Origin: Asterias rubens
Taxonomy: Eukaryota
Assembly (NCBI RefSeq): GCF_902459465.1
Contig: NC_047071.1
Location: 4,774,001-4,838,000 of the forward strand
Length of the DNA: 64,000 nucleotides
Reading direction: 5' to 3'
The position numbers were made by a program, and so were the translations under genes. Of this stretch, positions 12,220-22,297 are shown one piece after another (positions within the stretch are counted from its first letter, which is position 1; the number at the start of each line of letters is the position of its first letter). The notes beneath the pieces were generated by a model that saw only the letters and a program-made list of their open reading frames with translations, ran no database searches and was not told the DNA's origin.

Positions 12220-12733
12220 ATTTGTTTTTGAAAAGGTTAACGTTGAAAACTGTCAAGCAGAACTACTTTTGCAAATTTCTTTGCTCAGCAGATCGCAATA
12301 ATGTAAACAAGGAATTAGGATGTTTACCAGCTCCTGCCAAGTAAGATTTTTTTTGTACTTGGTAAGCGTGAGTCTTGTTTCTCTAGTTTGAGACACTACT
12401 ATTAGTGATCTGAGGTTTGACTTTACTCTTGTGACATCACACAATGTGCTTTGGCTATATATTGTGATTACACACAAATTACAAACATTAAACTGAGATG
12501 TCTAAACGAAAAATGATCCTACTCAATAAATCTTCAAGATTTTGGGATGTTTTATCAAACAAACAAATTATTTCATCTTAAGTTTGTCACCGAATGAAAG
12601 GTAAAATACATAGCCCTTTCTTGACCTTTATTGTAAACATTTTGTTTAAGTGCTTGTTACAGGAAAGTTCTTAACTCGGAATCATGGAAATATTTTTGCA
12701 ACAAATAGGGTCAGATTTACTTCAGTGTATACA

Positions 12734-15700
12734 TCAAGGTGCTCTTGTGGCAAAGTACAAGACAACGGTAAGAATGAGACCAAAGAATAAGATGATGAGA
12801 ATTAGAATGATGACATATCTCCATCTTCTCCTAATCTCATGTCGACGTCTTGCAGCCTCAATATCTGGCTTGGCTTTCTTGTCTTGTTCACTCAGTGCAT
12901 ACTGGGTAACACCGTCACCAGGGGCAACCAGCTGATTCTTGGGGATGGTGTTCTAAAAAAAATAGCGGGAAAAATTGGGATGGCATTAAAAATAAGGTAA
13001 GTGTGTTGAGTCAGGTTTTCGCCAGATTTTCTCTTAAACTTTGAGACAAAGCAATTTTATATGTCATCAAGAGGACAAAACTCTTTAGGCTTTTTCACAC
13101 TACATTTTACAAGTACTCTATTCCCGGGGGCAATCCTTGGGATCAACGGACTTCATCTCCACACTTGAATCACTTTACCCCAGATATACCTCAGTAAATG
13201 AGCATAGTACTGAGTATACAGTGCTAACACACATCGGTGTATGGGTAAAAACCAAAATTAATATTCTTTATCCCCGATGCAAATTTAACATCTATTATAA
13301 ATGAGCATACCCGGAGGATAGCTACCCCTGCTCTGGAGTAAGCGATAAAACCCAAGGGATCTTTGAGAAAATAACTGTTTACTTACTTGCTTGACTCTGG
13401 AAGGCATTACAACTCCAAAGGTTGTCTGAATCAAACAGAAAAGAGAAAACATTATTAAACTTGTTGAAGGAAACAATATACTATACAAAGAAAGAATTTT
13501 ACAAAGTCTTAATCAATACTGTAGATGTATGTCTATTTCTGAACCTTTAAAATGTCAAATTAAGAAGACATGTTTGTTCATGTAACTCTTAAGAGGTATG
13601 TCGTGCAAAGGCAAAGTATACACATTTAGTTTAACTGATCAAGGAAATGTCTTTATTCTTCCTCTTTGTTTTACAAAACACTAAGAAGATGCATGTTAAG
13701 ATGACCGGTTAGTATTGCCATATTTCTATTGTGACATCACTTTGCTTAGAAGTTAAGATTGATACACAGTTTAGGTAAATCTTAGCTCTTTGTGAAATCG
13801 GCCCCTAAAGTTTTGATAACAATTCATGCAGTGCAGTTAATAACAAGTTTTCTCCGGAAGACAAGTAGAGTACATTGCTTGAAACGTCAGAATTTTTTCC
13901 AAAAGATAGTCTACAGGGTTGTTATTTCTTTCTTTCTACACAATGTAAAGCTTAAAATCTTACTTAAATTTTATACTCACAAGTTTCTTAACTCCTGCTC
14001 CATTTTGAACTCCATTCTCCGCTGGCCTCCCAAATCTAAAGTTTTTGCTGTAGTTTATCTTAGTCCCGTCAGCATCATTGACTGGAAGCTCCTCCTCGTC
14101 CTCATCCTGAGCCTTCTTAGGTCGCTTATAAGTTCCTTTTTTACTCTTAGCAGAAGTCATGTTGCCGATACCAGAGTCTTGACTGGCAGTATCTGAAGAC
14201 TTAGCAACATGAGCTTGATCCGAGGAGACTTCGACTGTACCATCTTGGTCATAGAGAGGGTTAAGACGCATTGAACTACTGACTGCTTTCTTATCAGTTG
14301 GTTTGGAACCAAAGACGTTGGCCATCTTAACGTCGTCGACTTCATAGTTGCTAAGACGGTTAAGCTTGATCCTCTGGGATGAAGAAGACAAAAAAGGTGA
14401 GAATTGAGTATATAGTAAGATTAGGTTTTGAGTAGAAGACTCTGCTAGGGTCAACAATTTAGGCCAATATTAAAACAAAAAAATTAAGTTTGACACATTG
14501 AAAATCAGTGTGTTAGAATATGTAGGAAAATGGACATTCTTTGCTTTGTGTGGTTCAAATTGAACTAAATTACACTGACTTTGAGATTTTTTTGTTAGAA
14601 AATTTGATTTTTGTTTGTCTTTAACTTATCTTCCTTACATAACACTGACATGATTTAATTTGTTTTTTTTCACACCAATCCTACTTGGGGTCTTTTTCAA
14701 TTGAAACCTCCGCTTGGGCTCTGGCTTAAGCTTTGTCTGCTGTTGTTTGAACCACCAAGCCTGAACCCAAGCCGAGGTTTGAGACAGGTCCCAGGTAATT
14801 GGTTTGTTGTTCTCTACTCATGAGACCATGTAAGTCCTACCTGAATATCTGCATCACTTTGATTTGTTTCCTTTTCTCTCAGAGACTGAAAAGAAAAAGA
14901 CACAAAGAGAATTTTATGTGAGTACATTTTCACAAATTCTGTCAGAGGGGAAAAGCCAAATACTAACAAAAATTCCAAAACTGAGTTCCTTAAACTACAT
15001 TTTTAGTACACTGTACCCTGTTTAGGAAGTTGACAAGTTCATGATTCTGGTGGTCTTGTGTTTTTCAATTGAATAACAATAGCTCACTCACTCTGTGTAA
15101 TGACATCTTCAAATGTTGGCATTGAGTCTGTTAAAATAACTTTCAATTCTTTTGTACGAAGTGTACTTGACCCCTTATGGCTAATGAGATCATGTCCTTT
15201 AGTTTAGTACTCAAATAAATTCTGATTCTGGTCTTTTTTTTAAAGCAATTCTGGCCATTAAACATTTTAAGCCAGAAGGTCATGTAGATTCCCCCCCCCC
15301 CAAAAAAAAATGAGCCCCAATGGTGTCGGGTAGTCTGTGTTAACAAATAAATAAGTCCAAATGAACCTGCATCTAGGGGAGGCGTCACACACCTATAGCT
15401 TGCGTATCATTTACAACACAACACAAGGGTTGAATATTAAATGCGCATAGTGTTGTTGAAAGTTTCCATGGACCATGACCTTGCATGTAGAATTGAGTCT
15501 TTGTCAGGAAGTTCAGCAATGATACGCAGCAGCGAGCATGGATTTTCTCACACCGTAGCTATGCCTGGAATGCATAATTATAATTCTTTTCAATGGTTGT
15601 GTACAAGTTGTAGTTATTTTTTTACAGAATTATATATTGAGTGGACTTATCCCAGTCCTTTTATGGTTTATTACCCTTGCTTCCCGGTGTTGAATCTTTG

Positions 15701-18560
15701 AGTCCTGTGATTCATTAAACATTTGACAGTCAGGGCTCTTCCTTAAAACACTGGTCTTCAGGCCTTATCTCAAGTGTTCCTGCTGGCTAATTCAGCGTTG
15801 GGAAAAAAATGTTTACTTGAAATATTGTTGACTTGTGAAAAGCTGGTTGACTAGTGAAATAACAAGCTAAACTGGCCCTGCTGCTGGCTAGTAACCGAAA
15901 AAGTTATGGAAAACCCCTGGTCTGGTGTAAATTGTTTTAAAACCAATCAAATTTACTGTTTTATTCTTAACCCTTACAGTCACAAACTCATCGAATTCTA
16001 ACTGCATGTTTTGTTTGATTCTGTTGGAATCAGGACAAATACTTTACAGGATCCTGAAAAACCACCAGAGTTTAAAAGTGGTTTTGGACCATAGAGCTAT
16101 ATATATTGACTAGAGCGCTAACACCCTGTTATACACGCACTAAGGTTTTGAAGCCGTGTGGGCGCATCCATGTTTATGTACAAACCAATACAAAAGCTTG
16201 AAATTTTGTACGGCAATTGTACGGCTATTTGCATGATAGTGCGTTTGTTCTTTTCTATGTGCCAGCGAAGCAAAAAATGGCGTAAATGTGAACGCACAAT
16301 CTGCTGATCAGCGCACAAACTGGCAGCGTCATGATTAAAAGGCGCGTTTACCTTTTTTTAGTACGGCAACCAAGTCGAAGTTACGGTTTTCGTAGCGCGG
16401 ACGTACGCGAGTGGACAGTTGCGTACGCATATGCACACGCCGAATGTAAAATAATCGCGGCAATGTGTGTTCTCTTAAAATTCTGAATTCACGCAACACA
16501 CCAAACATGTCTGCGCCCAGGGTGGCTTCAAAACGCAGAGCAAGTTAGCGCTCTAGTCAATATATATAGCTCTATGTTTTGGACTGAGGACTAACTGATT
16601 CTGCTTTACATTTTGGTCTTGCACACCACCATAATGATAGTCCAACAGTTTGGGTGATGAGTTTTTACATGGTGTTAGATGTTGATGGATATCACCCGAA
16701 GGCATTTCAGTTTTAAATATAATCCAACAATTCAGGCATGAGATATGGATATTCATCCTTTCTCTTTTCTACAATATTTGTCTCCTTTTCAACAATAATG
16801 AATTTTACCCACGCAGAACATGGTTATTTTAAACCCTCCCTTAAAATTGAGAAAGACAAATCAATCATTTGTAATTCTTCAGAACATGGTCAGTGTGGTC
16901 AGTGAATACTGTTTATTTCACAGGTCGGTTTTATAGATTGTTATTGAAATGTCAGCAGTGTTAAATAAGATCATGTTTTCCGGTACAAATACATTGTAAA
17001 TCGTACTGGCTAGAATCCAACATGGGTACAATTTTTGTACCAGAAAACAAAAATCCAATCTCAAATGGAATCCTTTAAATCACCATAGTAACTTAATTGT
17101 CAATGTCCCGATGCAAACTGTCTTAGTTTAGGATATTCATGGTAGTCATTTGGTTTTATCAATTCCCTGTTTGCAGTAAAAAATTGTTTTTTTGATAAAA
17201 TGTTGACCACAAAATCAAATTGCCTAAAGTGATCATTCTGAATAAACTGCTATCAAAAGATGAATATGAATATAATTTATGAGTGGAGTCATCTTAATAG
17301 CATTGTTTGCATAGTAATGTCTTATGCCCAGCTTGAAAATTAAACGCGTTTTATTTCACAGCCTGTTGATGATATGCAGCAGTGGTTGCATGGCAACCAG
17401 CCTTTACTTCCGTTCAAAATTACCTCCTTGGGGTCAAAGGTCATACAAGTAAACAATAATAGCAACTGCTTGCTGCCTGTGTAGTGGGTATGATGTATGT
17501 GGGGGATAATTTTTATGCATACATAAAATCATTAATTGTCCGCATCATCTACAAAATAATTTCTTTACTCAGATAAATAATGTCTTTACTCTCATATTTA
17601 CTATGGTTGCTTAACTTGAGTGAGAATGAGACGCTGTACAACTCACTGTTTTGTGATAAGAACTTTTTTCTTCAAAGAATAAATTTTAAATGAAAAAATA
17701 AAATCATTTTTTTAAGATGACAAATATTTATTTGGCCAATTGGTTGGTTGAAGCAACATTTCTCTTTTTACTTGTTCAGTATTATAGATGGATGAGGGCT
17801 AATTGGTTTTATTTCGTACTGTACATCTTATCTCCTAGCAACAAATAACGGTAATTATTATTAGTTTTTTTGGGTAATTTGGCGCCATAAATATATAAAT
17901 CCAGAAATTATCATTAATATTTTAATAATAGACTTTAATATTTTGGATGCATATTTTTGGGTGAGGGATATTGGTGATGGTAAAGTTTCTCTCACGACTG
18001 CCAATGAAATACATGTATAATGACTCATTCATGGACTCAACTTAAAATATTAGTTTAGCATGAAGGATTCAAAGACTTTTTGAGACAAAAAACAACAGCT
18101 ATTCATTGATTCAAATACCCAGAACATATTGGCAAACAAGAAATTAAAATATAATTATAATATAGGAACAAAATATTTCAAATCCATAACATCTCCATTA
18201 CTATGGTTGTCAATTTTTTTGAGATTTACTTACCTGTGTATTTAGAGACTAAATAACAAAACAAAAAAATTTAAATTACCGGGTCGTTTTGGGAAAACAA
18301 GATAATAGAAGGGAGTTTCATATCAATGATGTTCATTCTGATGTTTCCACTAGTTCCACAGTCGGTTGAGCATGTAGTTTTGCAAATTGGTTCATCTATA
18401 TACTTACCGGTGTATTTGATGAATCTTGAGACTGCCCACTGCCGCGTTTATCGTCCTTCTTACGGTACCTCCTTCCACCTGCACCCGCTGATGTTTGGGA
18501 GGATGTTTGGGGCGCATCTTCTGGTTGGGAATTCCCGTTAATATTGTCCGCATTCGCCAT
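12734..18560 (-). CDS. Uncharacterised low-complexity protein with a single C-terminal transmembrane helix (tail-anchored), about 274 aa
   Basis: Exons 18560-18408, 18248-18234, 14885-14841, 14373-13981 and 12952-12734 are all phase 0, each with a pyrimidine-rich AG acceptor and GT donor. The protein ends RRRWRYVIILILIILFFGLILTVVLYFATRAP*. The first exon and mini-exons are less certain than the last two exons. Confidence 0.72.
13206..13290 (+). mobile_element. 3' body fragment of the SINE family seen at 54177
   Basis: AGTACTGAGTATACAGTGCTAACACACATCGGTGTATGGGTAAAAA is identical to 54285-54330. Confidence 0.7.
16090..16576. mobile_element. P-element-like MITE with a perfect 33-bp TIR and 8-bp TSD
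   Basis: TTTTGGAC|CATAGAGCTATATATATTGACTAGAGCGCTAAC...GTTAGCGCTCTAGTCAATATATATAGCTCTATG|TTTTGGAC. The superfamily is inferred from CATAG ends plus the 8-bp TSD. Confidence 0.85.
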
Positions 18561-21387
18561 AATAATTCCAAATGTTTCAATTTAAATGTTTTGGCTGAGA
18601 TGAACCACAGAACCCGTTGGTGTCTTCATCTGTTGATGACTTGTACTGTATGTCTTGCTGTGGTTTATCTTTCCTTGACAGGTTTCTTGTTGTCTGCTCC
18701 TCCTTGAGGAAAACCTTACAATTGGCCAACCATTTGAGGTTCAGGGTCGAAATTTAAACAGAAGCAAACATCATCCAAGGTAAATGTCATCCAAACCATA
18801 AATCAAACAATTAAGAATCCGTGTTACGGATGGTGCTTGAGCCGAATCGGACGTCAATCAGTGGTATGTCCTCTTTTATCTCTTTATAAAACTACAGTCG
18901 TATATGACGTGTGATTGTTGGTATCTTGTGATAAACGTTGAACAATGGCGAACACGTAATTACCAGAGACTCTTTAACTTCATAGTAAACAACCAATGTA
19001 GGTTCACAGATTAAACGAAACGGGAAAAATGGCGTCTGTCTATTCCATCAATACATGAAAATGGTGTAATAGTCCTCGGTGTGTTGGTCATGGTTGAGTG
19101 GACTTCATTATAATACGGTTGGGCATACACCACGCCCGTCGACTCCGTCATGAAGTATAGCCTTCTACTCAAGGCTTTTGTCCCTTTCTTATTATTCATG
19201 GCTTTCTTATGCAAAGCAGGCTACCACACTATGTATTTGGGGGTCACCTAGAAGTAGAGAGTGTTCCCCGAGTAGTGACGAATCGGTGGCTTATTTTGTT
19301 TGCTCAAATCGCCCCCATTCAGACCGCCAAACGGTTCAATGCTTTTTAGGCTTTATTTCTGCCATTCACGGGTCAAAGTGAAAGTGAAGTTAGATTCCAA
19401 ATATTGTATTACCGTGGAAAGTAAGGTTCGTTGAGACAGTTTAGACTTTCAAATTTTTGTTCTCAAAGTTTCATTTTCAAAGTCCCCCTTTTTGAGGGGC
19501 TGGGGAGAAGAGCATTGAATTGCCTCTACCATTTCTGACTGGCGTGTCAATTATTCCAAAGATATTCTTAAAAATTGTGTTTTTTGTTGTTACTTTTTTT
19601 TTTTTAATGGCCATCAATGTCCATCAAAAAATATGCTTTCACGTTAGGAACTGATTGCAATGAAACGTACTGTTTTGTAGGGTAGGCTTCGTACGCCTAT
19701 TATTGGATTGTTTGGATCCGATTAATTGACCTTGTTTGAGGTAAACTCTATTTATTGGTTTCGATTAATATTACAGTATTGGAGATAAGCTGCGTAACTG
19801 AACAGTCTGGTACCAAGATAAACAATTAGCTTGGAGGTTTATCTTACCTGAAATTAATAACCACAAGTTACTCAAATATCGTCTGAAATATTTTTTTACT
19901 TTATTTTCAACAGCCTCATTGTACTTAGAAACGCCCCTTTTCATAGACCGATGGCTTTACTTTCTTTATTTTACACATATAAGGACAAAACACCACTTGT
20001 TTTCCCGTTAAACCTCAGACGAGATACAGTGTGATAGGTTCTGAAAAAGCTGCATGCTTTACCCACAAGTTTGTAAGTCGATGTTACCATATTGCCACTT
20101 CCATATTGAAGTTAAAGATACCCGAGTCACAATTGTAGCGTCATGCCGTTATAGAACGAAGTCTTGTGCAAATGAGACTATGTTAATAATTAGACGTATA
20201 TGCATTTAATCTGCTAATACGATAGTTAAAATTTTACGTCTATATACATCTGTGCAAAGTTGTGCGCACGCACATTACATTACGTTACTATATTTTCCTA
20301 TATAAAAGTTCTATGGCCCGATTTTCGCCGAAAGGAATTTTCGTTTTATAATTTTTTTTCTCTGCAAGCAGTTTGAAAGATTATGTTAATTAAAAAAAAA
20401 AAAACCTACAATAATCTTTCTTTTTAAGCCAATATGACAATATGACAGTCAAAAATGTTTTCGTATGGCTTGTATAAAGGGAATATACTTTCAGGATCCC
20501 GACAATACTTCCTTTGTTTTGTTTTTACTACCACCTGTAGATGGTAAACTTAGTGAAGCCCAACTTTCTTGAATCTAAAAAAGAATAGCTATTTAAAATT
20601 GAAATGTAAATTTACGGGTAAAATAAAATAGGCTACAGAACGGACTGAAAGTGTGGGCAACTCATACGTGCCTTTATGATTTAAATGTTTTAAATCTCAT
20701 AATACTTTTGTGTAAATTCTATTCAAAATATATAAACATCTTTCAGCGGTGAACTTTAAAATAAGTATGATAACAAACTAAAAATTTTAATGATTGAAAT
20801 ACATTCAGAATGCTTAATTAATGTGTTGCCTTCAGTAATGTTTTGTTCGTAAATCATTCAGTTCAATTTAATTCAATTTTTATTGTGAACAAATTAATAT
20901 TTGCTCTGTCGAACATGCCCATAAACGTAAAAATATGACTCGGTTTTAAAACAACAGAGTTAAATATCACTGGTACAAAACTTGATAATTCTTTCACAGT
21001 TTGTCATCTTGTGTGAAATAAAAGAGCGAAATTAGGAGTTGATCAGTTATGTCACGCTACTGTACCCATTCAGTCTCCGTGACGTCATGATACGTTGATG
21101 CGATAGCGGGGGAAAACAAAATGGCTGCCCGCCCGTTGAAACCACGCCACGTAAACAGACATTTTGTTCTGAAATATATGCACGAGTCCGCCACGCCTCT
21201 TTTCTGTATTTTCTTCGTGCCGTATATTAGCAAAAATATATCATATCTTCAAAACAAAAATAGTATTTGTTCCAACAATATCTTCAAATAGTAAATGTAG
21301 TACTATTTGTAAACGTTAAGATAAAGGTAATAGTCACAAAAACACAATTATTCGTGTCTACTCTTGTCTTATTTTTTATTTTATTTT

Positions 21388-22297
21388 TTAGATAATTGCA
21401 CAAACAGACGAAGATTTCTTTGGTTTTGCAGGAGCAGATTTGGGTCTTTCTGGTTGAACTACCTGAGCATGCTGGGGGCCATTTGATGCTGATCTAGGCC
21501 GCTCAGGTTTATCGGGAGACTTTGCAGCTTCTTCCTTGTGATTTACATCCGGGACTTGTTTCAAGGGTTGTTTGTCTCCCGTTTGTTCTACGGTCTGACT
21601 GGGATTTTTAGTTGTAGGTTCTTCTTCTGTTTTTTCCTCTTGACCGCCCTCTGCTGGTAGCTTTTGCTGAATGACCAATTCTTCAACTGTTGCGTGTTCT
21701 TTGAGCTTCTCTAGCAATTCATCAAACTTGTTATCGGTGAAATCTTTCTGGGTTGACTCTTTGGTGAAGTCGATGTAGAGAAGCTGCGCAAAGGGCATGC
21801 TCATTGGACCTTCTGGAGGCCACGTCATCTGCTCCATGAGGATCGGGATAACGGGTTTTCTGAGTGCATCGGAAAGGCTGACCTCTCGACGACAGTTTGC
21901 TGAGAGGGCGTACTTTGGGGTCACACTTGAAACCACAACCTGTGGAAACGAAATATTGCTCATTCATGTTAAGGTTTCATCTCTTAGGCACATTTTACAA
22001 CATTAAAATGTTGAAGTCACACAAAGCTTCATATTTAGCTTCAACATTTTAGAATATCTCTAAAGTACATTTTACAAATAAAAATGTTGCAACAACACTA
22101 ACTTCAGAATGTTAGAATACCTTTGCATTTCTTATTCCTTTATCGATCTTCGAGTAGAGAGGATCTCCTCCACCCATCTGGAGGATATCAAGCCAGCAGC
22201 TGAATCCCAGTGATGTCAATCGAGAGTAAAGTCTCTTAATCTCAGTTTGTTTGTCCCATTGGTAGGAGATAAACACCTGCGGGATCAACTCATCCAC
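21388..22297 (-). CDS. Exons 16-17 of the TIR gene: second TIR domain, disordered tail and CaaX box
   Basis: [23 protein letters not shown]...I..GI.NAK|VVV....[24 protein letters not shown]; the C-terminus is [12 protein letters not shown]. Confidence 0.9.

Noticed and set aside
18527-18536. Perfect kB palindrome GGGAATTCCC
   Set aside because: It falls in coding sequence (codons for G-N-S-Q); a single 10-mer is not evidence of regulation.
18495-18707. Plus-strand ORF with a hydrophobic C-terminus (MGGCLG...)
   Set aside because: It overlaps the minus-strand first exon, which has a better start and donor; no other support.
21078-21135. CRE (TGACGTCA) plus AAAATGGCTGCC as the promoter of an extra gene
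   Set aside because: It lies just 3' of the TIR gene, the following ORF is short and featureless, and the same AAAATGGCTG motif recurs at about 4010 and 62644.
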